From: Raillietiella orientalis
Taxonomy: Eukaryota
Assembly (NCBI GenBank): GCA_036172245.1
Contig: JAYWIR010000007.1
Location: 2,418,001 to 2,482,000 of the forward strand
Direction of reading: 5' to 3'
DNA: 64,000 nt
Part shown: positions 1 through 11,899 of the stretch, in pieces
Position numbering within the stretch: the stretch's first letter is position 1
How the letters are laid out: each line of letters starts with the position of its first letter
Notes under the pieces: model-generated
Seen by the model: only the letters and a program-made list of their open reading frames with translations
Told to the model about the DNA's origin: nothing
Database searches by the model: none
Made by a program: the position numbers and the translations under genes

Positions 1-559
1 ACTTGAGTGATCCGCCTGCGGGTCAGGTGCCTCTGGAGTGTGCTCGCCAGAGACACGGAAGCGCCCACCGGAAGTGGTCTCCAGGACAGCCTCGTTCCAG
101 GAAGTCTGAGTGCGTAACCACTGGAAGGATGCTTCAGCGTCCAGCATATCTCAGAAGACGGCGAACAAACTTCCGAATCGAAACACACTCGCCGTCCTAT
201 CCTGTTGCGCGCGGAAGGATCATCATCCCACGAGATGGTGCGCGGACTCGCGCGAAACAGCTGCCTCCGCAGGTCTGGGCATGTTCCCTGGCAACCAGAG
301 TCCGAGATTTTGCTTCCTGAGGATGCGTTCAGCAGAAAGGGCACCTCCATGGGGCTCTCTTTCCTGCTTCTATGGGAACTCTGAGGCGCTCCTGCTGCTG
401 CCGTTCCTGAAATGGGAGCGCTCGCCTGTCATTCCGCTCTGGTGTCCATGGACACCGATCTCAGTCCTGCCTCAGAAAGGAAAGGAAAGAAGCAGAATTG
501 GATCGTCGTCACACGTCGAGCAGTAACGGACGGACGGCTCCCTCCTTCGCTCAGCGTCC

Positions 560-2330
560 GGCACGGACTCGCTCCCAGAAACCCAGGGAATGTGCTCGCG
601 CCAGCTCTGCACTCCTCTGGCGGAGCCGGAAAGATGGGGGCGCCGCTCGCGCGAGATTTGCGCGGAGCGACAGTTTACGCGGCGGCTCTCAGCACGTGTG
701 TGCGAGCGACAAAGAGCCGAGGGAGGAGGACCTGGGAAGGAGAGGCCGGGAAGAGCTGGACCTTCTGTAGCCCTTGCAGGAGGTCCCCTCTGCCCACCTC
801 CGGTCCGAAACCGAGCGAGGGGCATCTGAGCGGTGTATCGCGCGTGCTATCCCTTGGTTTTTTTGCCGAGGTCGCTCCTTCTCGCTGGCTTGTTCGAACC
901 TTCCCGCGCCCGCGCAGCTCCCGGGGGTCCCTCTTCCCGGAAGCACCGCGTTGCCACCCTCCCCTTACGGGCCGTCGCTTGGGCAAATGGCTGACACTTC
1001 CAGAGTTCCCGTCAATCCTCTCCCCTTCCATCTCGCTCGCGCCCCTTGCCACCCTCGTGGGTCCTCTGCCATCTCTCAATTCCTCAAGGGGAGGAGTATT
1101 TTGGAACCCACCTCTTTCCCCGCCTGTGGATGCGCAATGACTGGGATGGTGGCGGAGGAGGATGGGACACTCGTGTGCTTCCGGGTGAGAGGAATGGTGG
1201 TAGAGGGGAAAGAGATGGGGAGGATCGAACCACGGGGACTTCTGGGAGGGAGCTCTCGAGTCCTCTCCAGGTTTCTCAGGAGACGCGGCCGCGGGGAGGC
1301 TGCCGCTCCCAGTGGTGAAGTTTCCTGGAACGCTGCTACTCTCCCCCCCCCCTATGTTCCCACTGCCCAGGGTGCACGGCCGTGACCGTGGTGCCTCTTT
1401 GGAGGCACGGGTAGGACCGGAGACAGGAGGGTCTTCGATCGATCTCGAAGAGTTGCATTCACTTCTCTCGCAGCATCCAAGGCATCCAAGGATGCGGGAA
1501 GGTTGACCCGAAGCCAGATGGGTACGCTGGAGGTCGCTCTTCCCTTGCCCACCCTCGACGGGAGCAGACTGGAGGACTCGAGGATGGCGCGGATGAGGCA
1601 CGCCCTTGCCGGAGATCGATCTCGGATAGACATGGCCCCCCTGCCCCAGGGATCTGCCGGAAGTAGGATGGAGGGACGGAAGCAAGGAAGAAGGGAATGG
1701 GGGAACCGAGGAGTCCTGGGGATCCGAGGCGCAGTGGTCCCTCTTGAGTCTCCTCTCTTGCCGGGACTCTCCGGGGCAGGCAGGCCCGTGTCGCAACCTC
1801 GGAGCCATCCTGGACGCGAGGCAGGCAAGGAGGGAGGGAGTGATCCCGCGACCTCTCACCGCGTGTCCTTCCATCCGAGCGCGGCCCTCCGTCCACGAGG
1901 GACGCACCTGCTCCAGCCCTGTGCATGCGGGGGAGTAGACCGTGGGCTCCTCGCGAGCACACCTGAAGATCCGGACCCTCCGAGACGCGGGACTTCCGGG
2001 AGAAGACAGGGTGGCAGGTCTCTCTGCTCTGATGGACACCTCTTTCCCAGAGGCTCAGAAGGTAAATCCCATAGGGAAACCGTCCCCCCCTTGATATAGG
2101 AATTTTCCCCACGGATGCTCCCTCCGATGGAATGAGAGGGCAGGCGGGCGCGCACGCGGAAGGGAGGAAAGGGAAGAGACTCGTCCCGGCTGGCGGCTCG
2201 AGGGATCCTGTGCTCCCCTCGAGGGGCGGAGGAGTTGCCGGGCAACGGGGTCGTCGAGAAGCGCGATCGACCGAGAGGTTCGATCGCTTCCATGTTGCCG
2301 GAAGCGCATTTATTAGGGCGTTCTCCGCAT
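560..2330 (+). repeat. GC-rich interspersed repeat family 'Y' (possibly a decayed retroelement ORF1)
   Basis: 1580-1630 matches 10140-10235 in inverse orientation; 1850-1930 matches 35800-35880 in inverse orientation. Confidence 0.5.
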
Positions 2331-3869
2331 TCCCGATCCTTAGAGACAGGGAAAAGATCCTTAGAGGGGGAAAGGAAAGTGAGAAGAAGAGATCCAGTGA
2401 AGTGCCGCAAACATGCCACCATCCACCATCCCCTCCCCTCCGCGTGGCATTACCAACTCAGCTGCTAATCTTGGCGCTCGTCTTGGCGCGCTCTTCGACA
2501 GCTTTCGTTAGGCCCTCTCGGGTCATTTTTCCCGGAGGAAGTTTGGGACTGAAGTCCGTAGATTGGCTCTCCTCAGCTCCCAGGGAAGGCACACGGCTCT
2601 CCTTTCCCTCTCCCCCTCTTCTCTTCCAAACACGGGACTGAACTTCCAGCAGCAGACTCGCCTCGTTGCCAGAGAGACGACGGCAAGAGCCCCAGCCGAT
2701 GAAACGACCAATGAGCAACAGGGCGAGCAAGGCTCCAGCCGAGGGACTTTATCCTCCAGCAATTTTTCCCTTCCTTCCCATTGCTCAGAATGTCGCTCCA
2801 CGCCGACGACATGGCATTAGCAGCACCCGATGGTGCTCAGGGAGGAGGATGGCCTGGAAGTTCCCTCTCCACCCCGGCGGCCACCGGGAGGAGATCCGCT
2901 CCCTTCTTTGCTGGAATGGAGATCGTATGGGGAGACTAAGGGCTTCCTCCCTTTGTCTGGAGGAATGGCACAGTTCAGAAGGCGCCGAAAAGGCTTTTGA
3001 AACGTAGGAGGCAAACCAGGAGGAGGAGAAGGAGTAGAATGGAAAACCACTCTGATGCTTCCAGGTGTGAGCGATGAGGGTGACCACGAGAGGGGTGTTA
3101 ATGGACCTTTAAAATACTACGTAGAGGGATCTGACGTAAACGGCATCTTACACTTGACCGTCGAATAGCCCTGTCGAAACTTTTACCGTGCGAAGACCGA
3201 CCCAAGGCACTCTGGTACGGTTCTTCCTGGAAGATGCAAATTCTGGTTTGTAAGTTCTGAGACGTTTTTCAGTGTTCACTAATGACTGTGCCGCAAAGAG
3301 AGAGAGGAAGATAGGTGAAAGCTCTCTTTCGACAAAAAAGGAACATCCTCGGTTGGGGGATCATCCGACCGAAAAGCAGAATAAAGTGTTGAGTGCAAGA
3401 GATGAAGAGAGCTGCTAAGTGCCGGGAGCCGGTGAAGGGCAGCAGAGCTCTTCCTGTCCGCCAGGATGCGAACAGAAGATTACTGCTACGTTCCTTCCGG
3501 GAAGCTGCTTCCGTTTAATGGACGCTCCCAGATTGCCGTTTTTCGAGAAGAGGGCCCAAGGAGTATCACGAAGGAGATAGAAGCTCTCTAAGGATCAGTC
3601 AGGAAAGGAGATCGGAGGGGATAAGGATGAATTCGGAACTGAAACAGTCGTATCTTTAGGGACGGAGTGGTCGTGGGGCTGGGCTGCGTCTGGTCCTAGG
3701 AGGAGTAGAGACATGTGACCTCAGAGTAGGAGGCTGAAGACCTGATTCTGAGATCCTAGAGGCTGTGGTCCTCGAGATGTCCTGACGAGCGTGAGAGGAG
3801 CGGACGGGAAGCAGGTAGCAGGAGAGGGCAGCTTCATGATGCTGAAAGGGTGACTTCATGTACACCTGC

Positions 3870-4260
3870 ATCCCGGAAGGCCGAAAGAAGGAGAGCGTCT
3901 GCTTTCTCGAGCTCTGACGAATCTTCCTGCGGCGAGCAGATGTCGGACAGGTGGTTTCCCCTGGAGCACCCTCGCCACGTCAGCCTTCCTTTCCAGAGAG
4001 GCGTGAGGCATCGTTTTCCCGGAAGATGAAAGTGGCGGTCTTTGGGGGGAACGAAGGGAGTCGGAAAGGGAGTCGACAGGTCGCGTCCGGGATCCTTCCC
4101 GTGGGACTCTGGGTTCCTCCTTGCAGTCAGCCTGCTGGGGACTTCTAGCTCCCTCTGGAAGGGGCCTCTTCCTGTGGATCGCAATCTCCATGATCCTCTC
4201 ACTCTGGAGACAAAATCCCCACCTCAACGTGGAAGATGAAGATGGATGTCTCTATCTGCT
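3870..4260 (-). repeat. Repeat family 'Y' fragment
   Basis: gatgaaagtggcggtcttt...cgacaggtcgcgtcc (4026-4088) recurs at 9688-9742. Confidence 0.55.
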
Positions 4261-4564
4261 CGCCCGATATGTTCCCGGGTCCCCAGTGTACTCTCGTGAA
4301 TCATCCTTAACGATGTGGCTGTCTTGGATTGACACAGAAATGAGTACTCTCATCAGCGAGAGAGGCTACGTTTTACGCTGCGCAGAAATCCTGGTCCATT
4401 AGCGGCAAATTCATCTCGTCTCTTTAACGACGGCCACCACCTCCTCCAGAGGAATGTATCCGCAGGGTGCTGCTGTTCCCGCTAGCGGAAGCGGAAGTTG
4501 TCCCCTAGCACATTCTTCTGCGGTTCGTCATCATCATTGTTTCATTGTTTCCATTATTATTGCT

Positions 4565-5890
4565 AGATTATCATCTGGGTGCTCTGGGTCGTTTACTCTA
4601 TATAAAAGTAAACGTTTACACACGCGGTATAAGGTTGTAGTTGGACCGGTGATGCAACCACGTCCATTTCAACGGAGCCTGCCGTGTAGTCAGTTCGCGG
4701 ACTAGTGAGGTTGGCCACGGCAGCAGAGGGGAGAGGGTAAACAAAAAGAAAAAGGAACAAAAATAAAAATAAATAAATAAATTGGACGGAGGGTGCGTGA
4801 AAGGATCACGTTTTGCTGAGGGCGGTACTTCTGCATCCTTTGGAGGATGCCTGCAAGTTCTTTCAGTATACTGCCTTTCAGGTGGGACCATCTTGTTGCC
4901 ATCCTCATGATGAGGACGGCCAAGGGGATGATGGCATCCCTATCTCTCCACTCTCCCCTCGCGTTGATCCAGGCAGCGACGATCCCGCGTAGGCAGCAGA
5001 AGGCTGCCAGCGAGACTGCCGGCAGAAGTGCGCTGCGTAGGAGGAGGGGTCTTAAAGCGTCCATGGAGTTGCCGTCGGGGTTCCTAGGGTTGCAGCAAAG
5101 CGTCCACAGAGGGGTCGGAGGGCAACACAATCCACGAGGAGGTGCGAGAGGGATTACTGCTCCTCGCACCCGGCACACTTTTGGTTCACACAACCCTGTA
5201 TCCAGTGATGCCGGCGGACGTCGAACGGGAGACCCCAGTGTAGCAACTCAGACTCCTGCCACTTTAAAGGGAGGGTTCGAGTGTTCAAAAGCACTGGGGT
5301 CCACTGCAGGTCTTCCTGCGGAATATCCAGCAGCTCTCCCCAGGGCAGAAGTCCTCAAGGTGGGGCACTCAGGGTCGCAGCGTTGGTGAGTTGGCCCGTC
5401 GTCCACTCACTCAGTGCTTTCTTCCTGGAGGAGATTTCCACCGAGACTGCCCACCTAGCCGGAAGGCTGGTGACCACAAGGTCCCTCAGGGAGGGCAGGC
5501 TGCGGCAAGGGAGGTTCCTACTGCCCACGAAATTTTCCAGGGATGTTTGAGGATCTCCCAAAGTGAGTCATGGTTGTCGGGTCCATACAGGAACTGGGCA
5601 TCGCTCCTGGTTCCTCGCTCATGTGCGAACGATTTCCTGTAACCAGGCTCTGCCGTTTGCGGGGCAGCAGGAGATTTGGGTGTTGTGGGTCCTTGTCAGA
5701 GTTGCTGATCGCAGGAGCTGCAATCCGCACCATGATTGCTGGAGGGAGACCGCCGGGTACTTTCGAGCAACAAGTGCTACAGAAAGATGCGATGATTCCC
5801 CATCCGTTTAGGGCCGGTCGGCTCTTTCTTCTCTTTCGGCATCCCTGGAACAGCAGAATTCTCATTCCCAAACTCCTCGTTGCTTGCTGC
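4565..5890 (-). mobile_element. L1/Tx1-like non-LTR retrotransposon, 3' fragment (post-RT region, zinc finger, 3' UTR)
   Basis: Clear homology to 7278-8912 and 27160-28512 (e.g. CCLRGIVAAW, KELAGILQRMQK) and the shared 3' terminal motif. Confidence 0.8.
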
Positions 5891-7277
5891 TAGTGGGAAC
5901 AGCGGACGGGAAAAAACGTCCGGCATCCGATTTTCGCTTGCCGCCCGGAAAGCGCGCGCTGGTATGAAAACCGAAGGATTCCCATCTTCGACCCCTTCCA
6001 TTTGCCGCGCCCGAGCGCGCTTATTCAGAATGCATCAGGAATGTATGGCCAAATCTGCACGACCCAATCAAATGGATTTTTCTACGAGAACTGTGGCCTT
6101 TGTTCTCCTTTGGGGACCTTGGCCTTTGTTTACTTCCGGGAGAGACCCTCTTCTTTTTTTTTTTTTTGGCTGGAGTCGGAGAGAACCTGTTCCGACTCCA
6201 GCCTCTGAGCTCCCGAGGGAGTGAGCAGAAGAAGAGGAGAACCCTCGCTTGCGCGTGCACAGTCCTGCTCACCACCATCAGCTCACCAGCTGTGTGTGAT
6301 GTGCGGCGCTCGTGTTCACTACCGCCGCACACCGTTGCCGTTTCAGGAACAACCTGGGGTGCCACGAAATGTGCACTAGCCTGTCACGTGCAACCTGCAC
6401 CGACATGAGTGAACGCATGCATCTGTGCAACTTGCAGCACACTCTGGCGCACCGCGCCGCTGGCTACCTCTCTGAGAGCTGGAGATGACGTGGGACTCTA
6501 AACGCAGGAGGAGGAAAGGAGGACACAGTCGCCCCCTGGCGTTGCCTGCAGAGGTCGCGCAACTTGCCGACAAAGCAACGACTTCCGCCCTTCGTCAGCG
6601 AGGCGCGGCGCGGCTGGCGTCACAATCGCCCGCTGTTCTTCGACCCTTCGATGACGTCTGTGGGGGCATGGAGATGAAACATCCCCGCGCATTAACGTAA
6701 ATTCGGAACAGGGTGCATGTGCGGACGCATTGGACTGGTCTCGGACGTTGCTAAGAAACCCTCGCGATAGCGTAATTTTTTTTTCCTTTTGCGATACCAA
6801 GGACGGGAGCCCTTTGGCTGTTGAATGTTCATTCCTGTGTGGATGGACGTCCTCCGGGTACCGGATGACTCTCATCCTCTTCCTGAGTCCAAAGGACGTC
6901 GCTGCTGTCCTCCCACAAGGGCAGGCAGGGCAGCAGTGAGAAGAAGACGAGAAATGAGACCAGGCTGCGTAACTCAATGCGATGAGGATACGTCAGCGAG
7001 TATTGCTTGGGAAAACGGGAAGGTGGGGGGAAGCGTTTCCAGGAGCGACGACGGTGGAGCCAAGGTCGAGGAACGGCAAAGTGACAGCGCAAGAACGTAG
7101 AGACGGTCTGCCTGCCCAGCCCCCACAAACCCATGACGTCCGTTAGGGCTGCGAGGGAGCGCCGCAGGTGAGCCATCGACCTGGAGATGAGCCGAAGACC
7201 CAAAGATGAGCCAACCCCATGTTGATTAGACGAAGATCCGAAGACGATCCAACACGATCTTTAGCCAACGACCCAGC

Positions 7278-8912
7278 GATACATCAAGTACCTTGGCGTT
7301 CTGTTAGGGGACTTTTGCATTGCAGAACGTAGAAGTCTGGTACGGCCGTCTTCAGGAAGTGGAAATGGCGCTCGACCCGTTCGAAAACGGCACTTCTTAC
7401 TTGCCGGAACGGGTCGCGGTGTGAAACGCGTTTAAGGTTCCCCTCCTCCATCCTCTGCTTTTTGTTTGCCCACCCCTGTGGCCATCCGAAAGAGGACGGA
7501 GGACCTCCTCAGAAAAGCCCTGTGGGGATCAGGGAGGTCCAGAGTCCGGTTATAGGACCTTTGCTCTCCAAGTAAGGATGGTGGACTGGGACTCTTTACA
7601 CTGGAGCATCAGCTCCAATTCCGAAGAATCGCACTGGCGTCAAAGCTGTGGGACACACCTTGGAGCGCTCCAGCACGCATCCTTGCCCAAGCAAGCTACC
7701 GGCTGCGAAGGACTGACCTCGACTGTCATGGCCACCGATCGAAGTTTGAGCCATCTTGGCACGCGGCTTCGACACACGGTTGCCTTGGTTCGAAGGAATC
7801 CTTGGATCTCTGTCCTCCCCGCGAACTGGACTGCCTGGCTGAAGGAGTCAGCTTCCGCATGGGGTAACATCAATGGCACGAACAAGGCAGACTGCATCTG
7901 CCTACGAAACAGCAGATACTCTCGTCAGTCGTTGAGGAAGATCCTGGATAACACCGGGAATCTGCTGTGGGCATCGTTTACCCCACTTGCCCCAGTAGCT
8001 GCCCTTTCTATCGTAAGCAAGATATAGCGACCTTCCAGCAAGGTGGGAGGTGGCGTGCACAATTAGAGACGGGAAAAAAAACTTCTACAGGGGTGGACAA
8101 CTCGGGAGCTGGCGGACGCTGCCACCCCGAGTGTTCCTCAAAAGGGACTGCTCTACACTTGAAAGAGCTACTACAAATTGCTCTGGAGGAGGTACAGTGG
8201 CCCCCAGCCTGCTGGAACAGTGCAACTCTCCCCCTGAAGTGGCAGGAATTGGAGATCTATTGCATTGGGGCCTCCCGTGCAACGCCTGCCGACACCACTG
8301 GACCCGGTGGAGCGCGAGCCTCAACTGCAGCAGGTGCGGAGGAATGTCGCTACCGCACTTGCTCATGGGTTGCGTTGCCCTCCGACCCCTATGGAAACGC
8401 CTTGCTGCTTCCCTGCGGAACACCGAGGACAACTCCAGAGACATTCGGAAGTTCCTCTTTCTGCGCGACGCCCTCACGCCGGCCGGCGGCATCCCTAGTA
8501 GTCCTGTGCTGCCTACGTGGGATCGTGGCTACATTGAGCTACCCCACAGGAGGCCAGGACGATAGAGACGCCATCTATTTTGCCGTCTTCTTCATGAGGA
8601 TAGCATCAAGATGACCCATCTTGGGATCGTAAAACGGGAACTTGACGGCATCCTTACAAGGATGCAGAGGACTCCCTCCAGTACCTGGTGATTCCTTCCC
8701 AAACCCTCCTAATTTCTTGTATCTTTGTTTTATTTTTTCTTTTTGTTTGTCTCTCTTTCCCCTGTGCTGCCGAAGCGAACCTCGCCGGCCTGCGCGCCGG
8801 TTCTCGGCAGGTTCCTTTTCGTATATACATGTAACGTGGCAAGACCAAGAGTCCTACCACTGACTTGTATGTTTCTTTTTTTTATAAATTAACACCCCGG
8901 AGCAACCGGGTT
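7278..8912 (+). mobile_element. L1/Tx1-like non-LTR retrotransposon, 5'-truncated and degenerate
   Basis: RT end motif YIKYLGVLLG (~7282), DLCSPSKDGGLGL (~7556), zf-RVT-like CSRCGGMSLPHLLMGC, T-rich 3' UTR. Confidence 0.85.
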
Positions 8913-9083
8913 TCAAACCCGGAGATGAGTCCAAGACCCGAAGATGGGCCAACGAGATGATCATTCAACAGCACGTAGATGAGCTGATGACCTGACTGAC
9001 CAATGCAACGCAGACGGAAAAGTTCACGCCCCTGCCGTCCATGAGAAGATGACTCCCAGCCCCACGCACTGCTAAGAGACGGG

Positions 9084-9410
9084 AACTATATCATCGACAA
9101 TGATGCAATTTTTATTTGCCACTTCTCCTATCACATTCATTACCTGAGATGTACCTGCCTTCTCTCTATATTTATCTATTACGATAATCTTATTACTCAA
9201 TTCCATTTCATACTTTTTCTCTAAAGTCTTTGCAAAAGCACGCGCTCTACCGATCGCTCCAACATCGGGAGCAACTATTGCCAAATTCTCTGTATATATG
9301 GAGTCAGCAAATGCTTCAAGGCAGCTCAAATTAGCGACTGGTATATCAAAAAATCCTTCAATTTGACTTGAATGCAAATCAATAGCTGCAACGCCACTTG
9401 CACCTGCCAT
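9084..9410 (-). pseudogene. prs: Bacterial (Wolbachia/Rickettsiales-like) ribose-phosphate pyrophosphokinase internal fragment; probable nuclear Wolbachia transfer
   Basis: Intronless, stop-free frame AGASGVAAIDLHSSQIEGFFDIPV...VAPDVGAIGRARAFAK...IDKYREKAG...KNCIIVDDIV with PRPP synthetase motifs, truncated at both ends. It is an AT-rich island in GC-rich repeat flanks. The Wolbachia assignment is from recollection of the protein sequence. Confidence 0.85.
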
Positions 9411-9429
9411 TCCGAGCGCGCTCCTTGGA

Positions 9430-11890
9430 GCTCCCTGACGTATGCGGAGGTCTCCCAACGCCAGCTAGCCGAAGGGCCGGTCGTTTCCGGGAAAAGGGCA
9501 GAGTGTGGAGGGGAGGGGGGAGGTCAGGAAGCTACGGTTCGGGAAGGCGGCGCTCCCTGCGTCCCGCGTGGAGTAGGGAGAGAGCGCAAAGAGCGGGGAC
9601 AGCAGCGGTGCGGGAGTCGCGTGCGCTCCAGCAAGCGCTTTCCGGATCTCCTACCTCCCCCCTGCCTCCCTACGGCTTTTCCCGAGTGATGAAAGTGGAG
9701 GTCTTTCCCGGAACTGGAGGGAGCTGACGACAGGTCGCGTCCCGTTGCCGCGCGACGCGGAACGCATTTTTCAGTCTCCAGTCCCGGATCGGACAGAAGG
9801 TAAAAGTGAGCTGCTGTCTGCGGGAAGACGGAAAGAGAGGGAGGGAGTAGGAAGAAGGGGGTAGGGGAAACTGCGAGGAGTCTCCCTTGACATCCGACCC
9901 TCGCGTGCCTTTGGAGTCTCGAGGGGAGGAAGGGAATCCCTTTCCCCTCTCCCTGCATTCTGCCTCACCTCTGCCCTTCCCGCTCGCTGCGGAGGGCGAC
10001 CCTGGGAAGGGAGGGGAAGAGCACCGGAGGCGCCGAAGCGTCCGAGTTCCGAAGAGAAGTCGAGCGTGGAAGGGGAAAGGAGGAACGGAATGCCGCGCCG
10101 CGTGGACAAGGCCTGCCCAGTGGGAGCTGGACACGGCTGCCTTGAGCACATCGATCTGGCCGCCTCTCGCGCGGAGGGACTTTCGCCCCGCGGCTCGTGA
10201 CACCGCTCGCAAGGCCTCCCTCATTCGCGTGCCGCCACGGGGAACCGGCAGGAAGGGAAGGGGAAAGTTCCAGGCGAAGGGAGAGCGAGCGCGCCCCTTC
10301 CTGCCGGTCGCTGGCATGTTGGTGGTAACGCGAACTTCCGTGCGTGGGATCAGTTGGGCGCGATCTTCCGCGCTCAGTTGGAAGGGGGGAGGGAGAGGGA
10401 GTGGAATTGATGGAGCATGGCTTCCGTTCGCTTCCGCTCTCCCTCTACTGCCCTTGTGCTCCGTCGACCAGGGGCTCTCTCGTCTCGCGTAGCGGCGGCG
10501 CCTCTCCCCTCATCCGCCGCACGCGAATCCTCCTGAGGTCGCTCCCCCGGAGCCTCCTGGGATCCCGCGGACTCCGTGACCCTCTGAGCGAAAGACTCCG
10601 CGCGGAAAAGGCGGCGAGGAAGGGAAGGGAGCGATCCCCAGAGGGCATGCCCCGCACGCCCCCATAGCGCGCGGTTTTTCCCGGTCGGAATTTGTTCTCC
10701 TCGTGCCCAGTGATGCCGCGCGAGCGCCCTCTGACCGCTTCGGCCCCTCCGACTGCTTCCCTTGCTCTCCACCTTGCAGGAAGGCGATACATCATGCGGG
10801 CCGTTAGACGTGCTCTGGGACCTGTGCGAGCAGAACGGGGGTCGCCTTGCCTACTAGACGTCATCGTACTGGAGCGCTAATTACCTCTGGGACTGTCCCA
10901 ATCTCCAGGAAGAGGCCCTGAGTCGGTGGCTGAAGCTGGAAACTCTACTGCCACCCTCTTTCTCCTTCCGTGTCTGAGACGGGTGGGGAGAAAGGCCACA
11001 GTTCTTGTGCGGTCGACCCCCTCGGCCAAACTTCCCGGTGGGAAAGGGTTCCTGAGCAAAGGTCGCTCGTCCGTAGGTCGGCTTGATCTCTGTCTCCCTC
11101 TCCAGAGTCGTCGCAAAAAGCCCCCTCAGGTGAGTCTCCGAAAGCAGACAGCAGCACAAGGTCATAAGCTGTCCTCATCCACCCTCCTACCCCGCCAGGG
11201 CATGCTGTCACACGAGCTGTCCAGTAGACTTCATGCTCGTTGCGACCCAACTGCTCAGAATTCGGCGCATTCGGAGCTTCTTCCACAGCCACCTGACCCG
11301 GAGCGACTCGACTGGCTCCCAGGTCGAGGCGAGCTCTTCCTTCCCATCAGGACACGCGCCCAGCATCCCGAACTTCCCGGAAATGGAACTCCTGCATGCC
11401 TTTCTCCGGTCCTTCGAGTCCCGTTGAAGGTGAAACTCTCCGAAAACTTCCCGCGCGCTCTTGCTTCCAGCGCCGACCCTAGCTACCTTCCTTATCACGA
11501 TCCTGTTGCTCCGAGGTGGGTTGGTCCCATGAGAGCTCATAGGGCTCTCTCCCCTGTCGGACGAGACACCCGTCCTGCTTCTCAAGGTCCCCCGCGGATC
11601 GCTGCGTGAGAGACTTCGGGAGACGGACGTGTCCCCGTACCCCGTCTGGTACTGCCCGATCGCTACGAATGCTCGAACCGTCGGCATCTCCTCGCAACGG
11701 GAAGATCTGCTGGTTTCTCAGGAAAAAAACGCACAAAAAATACGGTCCTCCGGTGGTCTCTCGAACCGTCAAGGAGAGTGGCGGGTGCGTCCCTTGGAAA
11801 CTCCTTCAGGAGGAGTTTGGTGGGAGAGGCTGTACGCGCCTGCTCTCTCCCAACCGCATCCAGCTGGAGCTTCAGGGAAGGCGGCCGCTG
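9430..11890 (-). repeat. Repeat family 'Y', long copy or copies
   Basis: Homology to 560-2330 (inverted) and 3870-4260 (direct). Confidence 0.5.
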
Positions 11891-11899
11891 CCGTACGTG

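Noticed and set aside
675..2039. 454 aa ORF and many other long overlapping ORFs in GC-rich zones (e.g. 34946-36178, 33509-34294)
   Set aside because: Arg/Pro/Ser/Gly-rich, open in several frames at once, no domain motifs, located in repeats or introns; expected from high GC content.
9072..9458. Intact prs gene, or evidence that the window is bacterial
   Set aside because: Truncated at both ends, the ORF start and stop come from flanking repeats, and the surrounding genes have spliceosomal introns.
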